A DNA stretch of 64,000 bases, taken from the NCBI GenBank assembly GCA_965209155.1, contig OZ242383.1, positions 384,001-448,000 on the forward strand, read 5' to 3'. Shown here in pieces: positions 48,122 through 58,277 of this stretch. The notes beneath the pieces were generated by a model. That model saw nothing but the letters and a program-made list of their open reading frames with translations, was not told the origin of the DNA and made no database searches. Made by a program: the position numbers and the translations under genes. Within the stretch, counting starts at the first letter, position 1, and the number at the start of each line of letters is the position of its first letter. This stretch comes from a bacterium. GTDB lineage: Bacteria; SAR324; NAC60-12.

Positions 48122-49908
48122 AAGGAGGGCTCCAATCCAGCAACTTTTTGAGAGGCGACTATCTTTTGCTCCATTTCAATTTTATGGAGCATCAACTGCA
48201 TACGAAGATCAGTATAGCGTAATGAGAGAATTTGCACGGCAAGGATGGCCGCATTCTCTGTTCCGTTAGTTGCCATGGTAGCAACGGGTACTCCCGGTGG
48301 CATTTGGACAATCGCCAGCAAGGCATCCATTCCGTTGAGTGTCGAAACAATGGGCACTCCAATTACCGGTTTCGATGTTTCAGAAGCGACAACACCCGGA
48401 AGGTGGGCTGCCATACCTGCCACTGCAATAAAAACTTCAATCCCCATCGATTCCGAATCCCTGATAAATTGACGCGTTCGCTCCGGGGAACGATGAGCGG
48501 AAGATATCCATAACCGGTACCCCACACCAAACTTTTTCAAAATGGCTGTAGCCTTTTGCGCCACTTTCAAATCGCTGGCGCTACCCAGAACAATTCCTAC
48601 GCTTTTTTCAGGACGATTGTCCCGAAAATACAATAACCCTTTTGCTCCAATATCACGACGAAAGGTCAATCCGTCCCAATGGATACCATTGACAACTTTA
48701 TAGCATTCTGCCAGGGCCTTTTCCAAAGTGGCACCCAAAGCGGTCACTCCCAATACCCTTCCTCCGTTTGTTCGATAGACAGAACCATCCAGACGCGTAC
48801 CGGAATGGAAGACGTGGCATAATTCCTTTTCATCTTCGCGTTTTTCCCGGGGGATGGCGTCAATACCTGAAATGATTTTCCCACTTTCATATTTTCCAGG
48901 ATAGCCTTGAGAAACCAGCATCACGCATGCCCCCGCCTCTTCGTACCACTCGATTTCCTGCTCACTCAGAGTTCCTGCCAGAGTGGCCATCGCCAGCGTG
49001 ACTAAATCGCTTTTCAAACGCATCATCAAAGGCTGACACTCGGGATCTCCAAATCGACAATTGAATTCCACAACCCTGACATGTTCGTCATCAATCATGA
49101 GTCCGATATAAAGAACTCCTCGGTAGGGATTGCCTTCACAGGCCATCCCCGCAATGGTCGGTTTAACGATCTGGTGGATGACTATTTCTTCAATGACTGG
49201 CGTGACCACCGGGGCTGGAGAGTAAGCACCCATACCTCCCGTATTCAATCCGGTATCCAATTCTCCGATGGTTTTATAATCCTGACAAGAAGGGAGACAG
49301 ACAAAATTTCGCCCGTCAGTGAAAATGAAAAAGGATGCTTCTTCCCCGCTGACAAATTCTTCGATGACTACAGTTGTCCCGGCTTCCCCAAAGGCGTCTC
49401 CGGAGAGCATTTGATGAACCGTAGTTTTTGCTTGATCCAAGTCTTGACAGATCACCGAACCTTTCCCCGCCGTTAACCCGCTGGCCTTGACCACATAAGG
49501 AGCCTGGAGGGTCTCCAGGTATGAAAAGGCATTTTCTTTTTCTTGGAAGATACCGTAGTCAGCCGTTGGAATTTGGTGTCGTTGCATAAAATCTTTTGCA
49601 AATGCTTTGCTGCCTTCCAATGCGGCAGCAGCGGCGCTCGGACCAAATGCTTTGTTACCTTGGGCCTCTATCTGGTCAACCAACCCTGACACTAAATAGC
49701 CTTCTTGTCCGATAAAAGTGAGATCAATGTTTTCTTGCTGAATGAAAGATAAAATGGCATCGTGATTATCCAGAGAAACTGGTATTGCATCCGGACGCAT
49801 GCCGTCGTTTCCGGGTGCGACGAAGACTCTTGTCACTTGGGGGCTTTGCTTTATTTTCCAAACAAGGGAATGCTCCCTTCCGCCACTGCCGATCACTAAA
49901 ACCTTCAT
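48118..49908 (-). CDS. purD: PurD-PurE fusion (GAR synthetase + N5-CAIR mutase)
   Basis: GSGGREH, NTGGMGAY, EFNCRFGDPE, then GSASD, SAHRSP, AGMAAHLPG, QMPPGVPVAT in one frame. Confidence 0.95.
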   Translation of the reverse strand: MKVLVIGSGGREHSLVWKIKQSPQVTRVFVAPGNDGMRPDAIPVSLDNHDAILSFIQQENIDLTFIGQEGYLVSGLVDQIEAQGNKAFGPSAAAAALEGSKAFAKDFMQRHQIPTADYGIFQEKENAFSYLETLQAPYVVKASGLTAGKGSVICQDLDQAKTTVHQMLSGDAFGEAGTTVVIEEFVSGEEASFFIFTDGRNFVCLPSCQDYKTIGELDTGLNTGGMGAYSPAPVVTPVIEEIVIHQIVKPTIAGMACEGNPYRGVLYIGLMIDDEHVRVVEFNCRFGDPECQPLMMRLKSDLVTLAMATLAGTLSEQEIEWYEEAGACVMLVSQGYPGKYESGKIISGIDAIPREKREDEKELCHVFHSGTRLDGSVYRTNGGRVLGVTALGATLEKALAECYKVVNGIHWDGLTFRRDIGAKGLLYFRDNRPEKSVGIVLGSASDLKVAQKATAILKKFGVGYRLWISSAHRSPERTRQFIRDSESMGIEVFIAVAGMAAHLPGVVASETSKPVIGVPIVSTLNGMDALLAIVQMPPGVPVATMATNGTENAAILAVQILSLRYTDLRMQLMLHKIEMEQKIVASQKVAGLEPSL

Positions 49909-49931
49909 TCTTTTACGTCAATGAGAATTTG

Positions 49932-51368
49932 TTATTCAGAGACGATGATATATTGCGATCCCTGTTGATTTTGAATGAGGAACAGGACGCCTTCCGCAAC
50001 ATTGGTTCCCTTGATTGCTGCTTTGAAACTTTCCACATTATCGATTGTTCGACGGTCGACTTCCACAATCAATGTTCCCACTTTCAAATTAGCCTTGTCT
50101 GCAGGAGATTGAGGTTCGATTTTGGTAATCAGAACACCTGTTCCAAGTTCGAAGTCATATTGCTCCGCAGTTTTTTCCGTTAAATCTTCAACAGTGACGC
50201 CCATAAAAGACTCTTCTGGTTGCCTCTGCGCTATCAAAGGATCTTTTGGTCTTTCTTCAAGCTTGACCTTGATGGTTTCTGTTTTGCCTTTACGGAAAAT
50301 TTCAATTTCTACAATCGTATCAGCTCTTGCAACAGCGACCATATTGCGAAATTGCGCGCTATTGCGTATAGATTTCCCATCCAATGCAATGACGACGTCA
50401 CCTTTTTGAATACCTGCTTTGCCGGCAGGCGTGTTTTTAAAGACCATCGTAATAAGAGAACCATTGGTACTATTCAAGCCAAACTTTTTCGCTAGTTGTC
50501 CGTTAATATCCTGAATCCCGACTCCCAACCAGCCTCGCGATACACTGCCTTTAGTGATCAGGTCTTCCATGATTTGACGAGCCATATTGATCGGAACCGC
50601 AAATCCAACTCCCTGGTAACTGCCACTTCTCGTAAAGATCGCAGTATTCACGCCAATGATCTCTCCTCTTAAATTGATCAATGGACCCCCGCTATTTCCC
50701 GGATTAATTGCCGCATCCGTTTGAATGAAATCTTCGTAGTCGGTGATCCCGATGTTGGATCGTCCTTTGGCACTGATGATTCCGAAAGTCACAGTTTGGG
50801 ACAAGCCAAAAGGATTACCAATCGCAATTACGGATTCCCCCACATCCATCACATCCGAATTGCCGAAAGGCAGCACAGGAAGGTCGTTTCCATCAATCTT
50901 AATCACGGCAAGATCAGAAGAAGGGTCAGCGCCGACTAGTTTGGCTTCCATCTCCCTACCGTCACTCATCATTACAAGAATTTTACTGGCACTGCCCACC
51001 ACATGATTGTTGGTTAGAATATAGCCATTCTTGTATAGAATCGATCCCGATCCCATGCCTTCCTGTCTGAATCGTGGAGGAGCATCAGGACGTTGCCTGA
51101 AAAAACGATCGAACAGTTCATTTTCCGAAGGGTCTTGGTTGCCGAATCTCCGACCTTGCGGGTTCATCTCGACTTCGATATGCACGACTGCATCCTGAAC
51201 TTTTTTAACAATTGCAGCCCGCGCTTTCGACGCAAGCATCAGGGCATTCATGGCATTTTCTACGTCGGCTTCTTCAGTAAACACCTGTTTTACCGCTATC
51301 AATAACAGGAAGCTCGAAACGAAAATAACTTTGATGTATTTCAACATTTTTTCTCCAACAAACTCCAT
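49932..51368 (-). CDS. DegP/DegQ (Do) serine protease with two PDZ domains
   Basis: TNNHVV, DLAVIK, INPGNSGGPL. Confidence 0.95.
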   Translation of the reverse strand: MEFVGEKMLKYIKVIFVSSFLLLIAVKQVFTEEADVENAMNALMLASKARAAIVKKVQDAVVHIEVEMNPQGRRFGNQDPSENELFDRFFRQRPDAPPRFRQEGMGSGSILYKNGYILTNNHVVGSASKILVMMSDGREMEAKLVGADPSSDLAVIKIDGNDLPVLPFGNSDVMDVGESVIAIGNPFGLSQTVTFGIISAKGRSNIGITDYEDFIQTDAAINPGNSGGPLINLRGEIIGVNTAIFTRSGSYQGVGFAVPINMARQIMEDLITKGSVSRGWLGVGIQDINGQLAKKFGLNSTNGSLITMVFKNTPAGKAGIQKGDVVIALDGKSIRNSAQFRNMVAVARADTIVEIEIFRKGKTETIKVKLEERPKDPLIAQRQPEESFMGVTVEDLTEKTAEQYDFELGTGVLITKIEPQSPADKANLKVGTLIVEVDRRTIDNVESFKAAIKGTNVAEGVLFLIQNQQGSQYIIVSE

Positions 51369-51667
51369 TTTTTACGTACTCGATGTTGCCTGGAAATCTT
51401 TTTCAATAACCCAACGTAACCTAAGACATATTGAACTCACTTGACAATAAATCAGTAAGTATAAATGTTCAGATTAAAAAATCAAACAATTCTCCCTTGC
51501 AAAATGAAAACAAACATCATCCTGTTTACAAGTCTTTCAAAATTTCTTATAGTAATCACTAAAAATCCAAGGGATCTCATTAAAATGGAAGATGTGTTTG
51601 AAGATCCACGTGTATGTTTCAAAACCGTTTTCCGGATCACCAACCCCCTGAATTGGAAAAGAACCCC

Positions 51668-53149
51668 ATGTTGCAAGAGAGAATGGATTCGAGTTTGACG
51701 TTTGATGATGTCCTGTTGATTCCGGAATATTCGGATGTCCTGCCCCATCAATGTTCCATCCAAACGCGACTCTCGCGAAATCTCAACTTGAATATTCCTC
51801 TGGTCAGTGCGGCAATGGACACGGTGACGGAATTTCAAACCGCAATTTCCATGGCGCAAGAGGGAGGAATCGGGACAATTCATAAAAACATGTCCATCAG
51901 TGAGCAAGCGAATCACGTGGAAAAGGTTAAACGTTCCGAGAGTGGTATGATCACCGATCCAATTACTGTTTCTCCTGAGCAACCGGTGCGGGATGCTATG
52001 GAATTAATGCAACAACATCAAATTTCCGGAGTGCCGGTCACGCGAGGAAAAGAACTGGTTGGCATTTTAACCAACAGAGATTTGCGATTTGAAACAAATT
52101 TTGAACAGCAAGTTGCAGCGGTGATGACGAGAGGAAGGGATAAATTGATTACGGTGTCGCTAGGTATTGATCCGGAAGAAGCAAAAAAATTGCTACACCG
52201 CCATCGAATCGAGAAATTGTTGGTTGTTTCGAGCGACTATGAATTGGAGGGTTTGATTACTATCAAAGATATAGAGAAGTCCAGACAATACCCCAACGCA
52301 AACAAAGATGAAGCCGGTCGACTTCGCGTAGCAGCCGCCATTGGTGTTTCCAGGGATATGTTGGAAAGAGTAGAAGCTTTGATACGTGCCGGAGCAGATG
52401 TTGTCGTTTTCGACACTGCCCATGGACATACCAAAAACGTGTTGGAAAATATTTCACTATTACGTGTGACATATCCTGATCTGGAACTCATCGGAGGGAA
52501 TGTTGCCACTGCGGAAGCAGCGCAAGCTCTCATTAAAGTTGGTGTGGATGCGGTAAAAGTGGGGATCGGACCCGGTTCCATTTGCACTACAAGAATGATT
52601 GCCGGAATTGGAACACCACAAATCACTGCAATCGATAAGGTACGTTCCGTCACGGATCGTTACGACATTCCCTTGATCTCTGATGGCGGGATCAGGTTTT
52701 CGGGAGACGTGGTGAAGGCATTGGCTTGTGGAGCGCATTCCGTGATGCTTGGCAATGCTCTGGCAGGGACTTCTGAAACACCAGGTTCGGTAATCCTGTA
52801 TCAAGGACGCCGTTATAAAATGTATCGTGGAATGGGTTCGATCGGAGCAATGAAAGAAGGAAGTAAAGACCGCTATTTTCAAAACGCGGTTGAAGATATG
52901 AAACTGGTTCCTGAAGGCATTGAAGGTCGAGTGCCTTATATAGGTCCCCTGGCTGAAACCCTGCATCAATTCATTGGAGGCTTACGAGCAGGTATGGGAT
53001 ACACAGGATGTCGAACCATCGAGGAGCTACGCAGCAAACCCCGTTTTGTAAGACTCACGAGTTCTGGTGTCAGGGAGAGCCATGTGCATGACGTGTTCGT
53101 TACCGAGGAAGCTCCCAACTATCCCACCATGAAATCCGACTCATTTTAA
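51668..53149 (+). CDS. guaB: IMP dehydrogenase
   Basis: LTFDDVLL, SAAMDTVT, CBS pair, GIGPGSICTT, YRGMGS. Confidence 0.97.
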   Translation: MLQERMDSSLTFDDVLLIPEYSDVLPHQCSIQTRLSRNLNLNIPLVSAAMDTVTEFQTAISMAQEGGIGTIHKNMSISEQANHVEKVKRSESGMITDPITVSPEQPVRDAMELMQQHQISGVPVTRGKELVGILTNRDLRFETNFEQQVAAVMTRGRDKLITVSLGIDPEEAKKLLHRHRIEKLLVVSSDYELEGLITIKDIEKSRQYPNANKDEAGRLRVAAAIGVSRDMLERVEALIRAGADVVVFDTAHGHTKNVLENISLLRVTYPDLELIGGNVATAEAAQALIKVGVDAVKVGIGPGSICTTRMIAGIGTPQITAIDKVRSVTDRYDIPLISDGGIRFSGDVVKALACGAHSVMLGNALAGTSETPGSVILYQGRRYKMYRGMGSIGAMKEGSKDRYFQNAVEDMKLVPEGIEGRVPYIGPLAETLHQFIGGLRAGMGYTGCRTIEELRSKPRFVRLTSSGVRESHVHDVFVTEEAPNYPTMKSDSF

Positions 53150-53236
53150 GAACCTGTTACAAATGCTGGAATGAGTGAAAATATTTTTTCTTCATCGGAA
53201 AGGTGTGTTGAGGGTGAGTAATTAATCTCATTAAAC

Positions 53237-53771
53237 CACCAGCTCTGCTGGTGCGAACCTAATAGGCTTTGCCGGTCAGACATGAGAAACGTATCCGTGT
53301 CCGTTAGCCGTGCTCGTGAACGGTCAGTGAATTCGACGGCACATTTTGGTTAACATAGAAACAATGCGATGAAGTAACTGTTTTCCTTCGTCAAATAAAG
53401 GAGGCTGGATGATCTTCAACACGTTTAAAACATCGAGAATAGCAGCGCATTCCATTGCGGAACCTCGGGCCAATGCATAGAATCGTTGCTTGTCAGGAAA
53501 GGAATTTTTTCCACAGCCTTCTGCGATATTGAGAGGAATCGACCATGAGGCCCTTTTCAGTTGGTCAACTAAGGCTGAGTATCCTTTTGGCAATGTTTCG
53601 ATGACTTGGACAGATAACGCTAAAAATTCGATGGAACATTGGTATACATCGAGTTTTTCATGATCTAACATGGCAGCCTTTTTCGTTCACGAGCACGAGC
53701 ACGTCTTACGATGACGAACACGTTTTGCCCTCATACTGGGGGCCTCTTCAAGCCACCGGCTCTGCCGGTGG
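53237..53771. mobile_element. Putative non-autonomous IS200/IS605-like element carrying a four-helix-bundle gene
   Basis: Related hairpins CACCAGC-TCT-GCTGGTG (53237-53253) and CCACCGGC-TCT-GCCGGTGG (53753-53771); no transposase between them. Confidence 0.55.
53324..53671 (-). CDS. Four-helix-bundle protein (23S rRNA intervening-sequence protein family)
   Basis: HEKLDVYQ..DQLKRASWSIPLNIAEG..ARGSAMEC. Confidence 0.9.
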   Translation of the reverse strand: MLDHEKLDVYQCSIEFLALSVQVIETLPKGYSALVDQLKRASWSIPLNIAEGCGKNSFPDKQRFYALARGSAMECAAILDVLNVLKIIQPPLFDEGKQLLHRIVSMLTKMCRRIH

Positions 53772-53914
53772 TGATGACTTTGATAAAAACCTCACTTAAC
53801 ACCCCTTGACATGGGAAGGATTGTTTTTTTTAACAGACTCTGAATTGAAATTTCTATGAACAACTGTAAATTTTCACCCGATCTTTTCCCCATTTTCCTT
53901 GTTATTTTAGTACT

Positions 53915-54964
53915 ATGAAGCCTTTGCGGACTATCCAACAACTCAACCTGGCTCTTGCCTTCGTGTTCATCGTTGGCTGCACCTTTCAATATCAAGAAGG
54001 ACGGATACTTGAAGAAAAGGGACGATTGGAAGAGGCTGCCATTGCCTACCAATCGGCCTCTAATGAGGATCCGGGTAATGAAGAGATTCTGGAAGCATTA
54101 CAACGTAACAACATAAAACTGGCAGAAGAAAATATTCAACGCTATAAAAATTTTTTAGACCAGGAGCAGTTTCAGAAAGCATATCGTCGCTTGGAAGCCG
54201 CACTGATTCAAAACCCCGCATCCATCGAGGTGCAATCGGAACAATCTCACTGGCATAAAATATTGATTGCGGGGAAAATTATGTTTCAATTTGATCGCCT
54301 GCGAGCAAACATTCGATTGGCGGACGAAATGCAGCTTCAAATCCTCATTAATTCTCCTTCCGGACAAGTCTTGACTGCGAATATTTCCAATGAAACAGGA
54401 ATATTTTTCATAGAAGATTTGTTGTACCAGGCGGACCTTCAAAAGATCTCCCTCTATTCAATTAATGCCATCGGATTGAAACTGGAGCAGGTCACAGACA
54501 AGCAAAGAATCAAGAGAGAATTCCAGAATTTCGTAAATTTCTCCGGTCTGCTCTTTGAAGGCAGTACCGGGAAACTAAACATTCCATCCGAGGCCCTTCC
54601 GCAAGGGATTTTGGCGCATCGCATTCAACTGGTCGATCCCCAGTCTGCCGCCGTCCCCCCTTGGTTCCCTCCCCGCCTTATACGCTATTCTCTCCAATTC
54701 CAAGGTGATCAAATTCTTGTGGTCACGTCGGAAAGAACCGAATTTATTCCGGATATGCTCTATCTCAATAATCTCCAGCAGCGTGCCTTCGTTGATTTTG
54801 GCGTCTATCGACTGACTTTGAATCCTCAATCACCAGAGTGGAGCATCAACAAAGTGCCGTATCAAAGCCCTGAGGAAGACTATTTTCCACAATTTTCCAA
54901 AAACCTCGCACTCTCTCCCTATTTTTTCTATAGGGAAGGCGCATATCGGTATCTGAAAAAGTAA
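53915..54964 (+). CDS. Putative lipoprotein with N-terminal TPR-like helices
   Basis: IVGC lipobox; YQEGRILEEKGRLEEAAIAY. Confidence 0.65.
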   Translation: MKPLRTIQQLNLALAFVFIVGCTFQYQEGRILEEKGRLEEAAIAYQSASNEDPGNEEILEALQRNNIKLAEENIQRYKNFLDQEQFQKAYRRLEAALIQNPASIEVQSEQSHWHKILIAGKIMFQFDRLRANIRLADEMQLQILINSPSGQVLTANISNETGIFFIEDLLYQADLQKISLYSINAIGLKLEQVTDKQRIKREFQNFVNFSGLLFEGSTGKLNIPSEALPQGILAHRIQLVDPQSAAVPPWFPPRLIRYSLQFQGDQILVVTSERTEFIPDMLYLNNLQQRAFVDFGVYRLTLNPQSPEWSINKVPYQSPEEDYFPQFSKNLALSPYFFYREGAYRYLKK

Positions 54965-54991
54965 GAACTTTTCTTTCTCTAGATTGAAATT

Positions 54992-56227
54992 ATGAAACAA
55001 TTGTTTTCAATAGGAGTATTGTGGTTCTTCATGAATTCTCAGTTAACGGCGACTCCGGGAGTGACTGAACGTGAAATCCTCATCGGCAGTCATCAACCCC
55101 TGTCCGGACCAGCAGCTCAATTTTCAGTAATCAGCAAAAGCACTGAAGTTTATTTCAGGTATATCAACGACCAGGGGGGAATCCATGGCCGTCGTCTTCA
55201 ATATCTCTATTTGGATGACGGATTTTTACCTGAACAAACCCAGGAGGTAGTACGACGATTGGTATTACAAGAATCCATTTTTCTTTTACTCAATGGTATG
55301 GGTACCCGCCCCCATGCCTCTGTATCCGATTGGTTGCAATTATTAGAAATCCCGGATTTCTTTGTCGGATCCAGGGATACCCGATGGGTTGAACCTTTGA
55401 AAGAAACTGTATTTGGATTCTATCCAACTCCTCGGATCGAAGGAAGAATTTTGGCCAAACATCTGCTTAAAGCTTCTCGTGGAGGTCGAATTGTCGTTTG
55501 GTATCGTAATGATCCAACCATGAAGCAAACAAGCAAATTTTTTTCCGAGTTGTTGATGCAGGGACATTTTCAATGGGAGCAATCGCAAGTTCCGATAGGT
55601 GTATTTAACTTATTTTCCACTCATAGACAATTGAAGCGGCAGGATCTTTTTCAAGTGGAGCAGGTATCCCATCCTGTGACTGGGTTGGATTTGCGCGCAA
55701 GTATAGAGCAAATTAAAGAATTAAATCCTCGGATTTTAGTGCTTTTTACCACTCCGCAACCCGCTTTGGAATTACTCCGACAACTATACCGCTCGGGTTT
55801 TTCAGGAAGAATTTATTTGGGACTCAATTTGGCGGACAGCCGACTCTTGCAATCGGCAGGACCTCACGCCATGGAAGGAGTTTCAATGCTGACCGCTCAT
55901 CCACTTTCTTCTCAAAGGGAAGACCCTGGTATTCAATTACACTACGCATTGCTCAAGGAATATGCGCCTGAATTAGAAATGAGTCGCTGGACAATTTATG
56001 GACATGCAGTGGCTGAATTGATGGTGGAAATTTTGTCTCGCAGTGGCAGCGGACTGACCCGCAAGCAAGTGATCGAGACTGCTGAGCAGCTGGATCAATG
56101 GCAAGGACTGCTCAATCCTCCCATCACTCTCAACGCTCTAAATCATCTACCCATCACTCGATTGAGAGTGGTTCAAGTCAAATCGGGGAAATTTGAAATC
56201 ATTTCTGATTGGATAAATGGGCGATGA
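54992..56227 (+). CDS. ABC substrate-binding protein, branched-chain amino acid (LivJ-like) family
   Basis: PGVT..EILIG..PLSGPA, INDQGGIHGR, LDDG. Confidence 0.85.
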   Translation: MKQLFSIGVLWFFMNSQLTATPGVTEREILIGSHQPLSGPAAQFSVISKSTEVYFRYINDQGGIHGRRLQYLYLDDGFLPEQTQEVVRRLVLQESIFLLLNGMGTRPHASVSDWLQLLEIPDFFVGSRDTRWVEPLKETVFGFYPTPRIEGRILAKHLLKASRGGRIVVWYRNDPTMKQTSKFFSELLMQGHFQWEQSQVPIGVFNLFSTHRQLKRQDLFQVEQVSHPVTGLDLRASIEQIKELNPRILVLFTTPQPALELLRQLYRSGFSGRIYLGLNLADSRLLQSAGPHAMEGVSMLTAHPLSSQREDPGIQLHYALLKEYAPELEMSRWTIYGHAVAELMVEILSRSGSGLTRKQVIETAEQLDQWQGLLNPPITLNALNHLPITRLRVVQVKSGKFEIISDWINGR

Positions 56228-56844
56228 CTTCTGTGATTCCCTTCCCTTGGCCTTCAGCAGCTGAATCTGAGATTCGATCTCACCTGCAAGATGGAAACAC
56301 TATTGTTTTTCCTACGGAAACTATCTATGCATTGGGTGGAAATGCTTGGTCGGCTCCTCTTGTGGAACGTATTTTTCAGGTTAAACAACGCCCCCGAGAA
56401 AAACCGCTTCTCCTATTGATAAATCCTATGTTGCTACCTCGATTCAGTATCAGGGCTTCAAAGCAAACGGAGAAATTGATCCGACAATTCTGGCCGGGGC
56501 CTCTGACCCTGATTGTTCCTGCTGATCAAAAACTTCCTCACTTCCTGAAAAGTCAGGGTGATACCGTGGCGATCCGTTATTCCAGTTCTCCCATTGTACA
56601 GAAACTCATTTCGCTAGGACGATGCCCGTTGATTGGCACAAGCGCAAATTTGAGCGACGAACCAGAGAATCGAAGGCCTGGCGACGTGATGCATCAACTT
56701 GGTGATGCCGTCGATTTATTGATTGATGGAGGAGAATCGCCGGGATCGCAACCTTCTACTATTATCGATTTGACCAAAAGGCCTTTTCGAATCGTCCGGC
56801 ATGGGCTCATCTCTGCTGAAGAATTGCAACCTTATCTTTATTGA
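56224..56844 (+). CDS. tsaC: Threonylcarbamoyl-AMP synthase (Sua5/YrdC)
   Basis: FPTETIYAL, K.RP..KPL, FWPGPLT, TSANLS, STIIDL. Confidence 0.9.
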   Translation: MTSVIPFPWPSAAESEIRSHLQDGNTIVFPTETIYALGGNAWSAPLVERIFQVKQRPREKPLLLLINPMLLPRFSIRASKQTEKLIRQFWPGPLTLIVPADQKLPHFLKSQGDTVAIRYSSSPIVQKLISLGRCPLIGTSANLSDEPENRRPGDVMHQLGDAVDLLIDGGESPGSQPSTIIDLTKRPFRIVRHGLISAEELQPYLY

Positions 56845-57485
56845 AACTCGGAATCATCGGGTTTGATGTTCCAATACTCTACGATCCAGTTTTGATTCTC
56901 TGTCACGAGTGAAGAAATGGCTCCTGTAGAAATTTTTAAGGAGTATTGGTCCCGGAATGCTTTAAAATTTCCTGTTAGATGAGAGGCAAATCTCGCAATA
57001 CCATTACTTGTCACCACCAAGACTGTTTGATCTGGATACATTTTACAAATTTTTCTGGCAAAGTCACGCCAGTTTTGAACAATTTTCCGGCAATCGATTC
57101 GCCACCCGGCAGGAACCATATTTTCGCTCTCCCAAGCTAGCAAGGATTCTTTTCCTATACGTGATATGATTGCTTCATCAGTTTTCCCTTCATCGACGTC
57201 ATAGTCGACTTCATCAAACTGAGATTGCGGTAACACGTCCAGAGCCAATTTCGCAGTCTTTACAGCCAGGCATGCCGTCTGGTACCCTCGTTTCAGTTTA
57301 CTGCTGTAGACCGCGCTCAGGTTCGGGTAATTTTTTCTTAAGAATTTTCCCAGCATAACCGCTTGCGCGCAACCACTTTCCGCCAGGGGAATATCCGTTC
57401 GAAGTCCCACGCGAACCGGAACTTCACCCGGTTTGAAGGTATTCCCATGCCTCGCAATCAATAATCGATTCATAAAGAAATTCAA
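56838..57485 (-). CDS. Histidine phosphatase superfamily protein
   Basis: ARHGNT, YSSKLKR..QTA, DEVDY. Confidence 0.85.
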   Translation of the reverse strand: MNFFMNRLLIARHGNTFKPGEVPVRVGLRTDIPLAESGCAQAVMLGKFLRKNYPNLSAVYSSKLKRGYQTACLAVKTAKLALDVLPQSQFDEVDYDVDEGKTDEAIISRIGKESLLAWESENMVPAGWRIDCRKIVQNWRDFARKICKMYPDQTVLVVTSNGIARFASHLTGNFKAFRDQYSLKISTGAISSLVTENQNWIVEYWNIKPDDSEFQ

Positions 57486-57570
57486 CCTGAATTTTCAACA
57501 ACTCAAAACCACTTCGTCCGGCCAATTCAACATATACCCTTTCCCGATATGATTAGCGATAGGTAAAACT

Positions 57571-57780
57571 AACCTGAGTTCGAGATAAACATTTAATTAA
57601 TTCAATATGTTATGGGATTCTCATATCATAGAGTATCCGCGTCATTCCTGTGGAAGCAGGAATCCAGAGGCATGCAGCCAGAACGAAAACTGGATTCCTC
57701 CCGGGCTTGATCCGGGATCACGCAAAGTTGACAAATACTAAGATACTCATATTCTTGAAGAGTAATGTCGAACTCAGATT
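57571..57780. repeat. MITE-like element with terminal inverted repeats and REP-like core
   Basis: AACCTGAGTTCGA...TCGAACTCAGATT; core GTCATTCCTG..CAGGAATCCAG...CTGGATTCC. Confidence 0.75.
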
Positions 57781-57972
57781 ATTTATCTTCTGAGATACAA
57801 ACGGCGTTCGAGCAGCTTCGATCTCCCCTCGCACTCCACACTCCTCCAAAGCCAAAAACGCCGCAACACCTGTCCTGAAACAGGTCAGAAAAAGAAATCA
57901 AAAAGAGATATTCCAATATCCTCAATAATATCAGTAATTTGAATTTCAATTCAAAAAAATTAAAAAAAGTGC

Positions 57973-58000
57973 TTGACATACTCTTTAAATAATATATATT
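57973..58000 (+). promoter_or_regulatory. Sigma70-type promoter of the peptide ABC cluster
   Basis: TTGACA-N16-TATATT preceded by A-tracts. Confidence 0.55.
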
Positions 58001-58277
58001 GCACCTAACGCACCAATACGATTGCTTGAGGAGGAGAGAAAGTGAATCAGGTATTGTGGAAGCAATTCCTCCTCCCAAGGAATCTTATTTTCCTCATTCG
58101 TGTGGTCGAACGCACGATCTTTAATTGCTCTATCATAGAAAGGCCATGATGCTTATTACAAAATTCCTGGCTCCCCTCCTGGGGCTGAACGTGGCAGACG
58201 TCGTGTCTGCTGCGAAAATCCGATTCGCCCCAAGACGGGTGAATCATTCCAAAAACCCTCAAATAAAAGAGGTAAAT

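Noticed and set aside
53324..53671. Diversity-generating retroelement (Avd-like gene)
   Set aside because: No reverse transcriptase and no TR/VR pair with adenine-specific mismatches in the window.
58020..58085. Riboswitch in the peptide ABC leader
   Set aside because: An imperfect hairpin is present but no recognisable aptamer consensus; an Rfam search would be needed.
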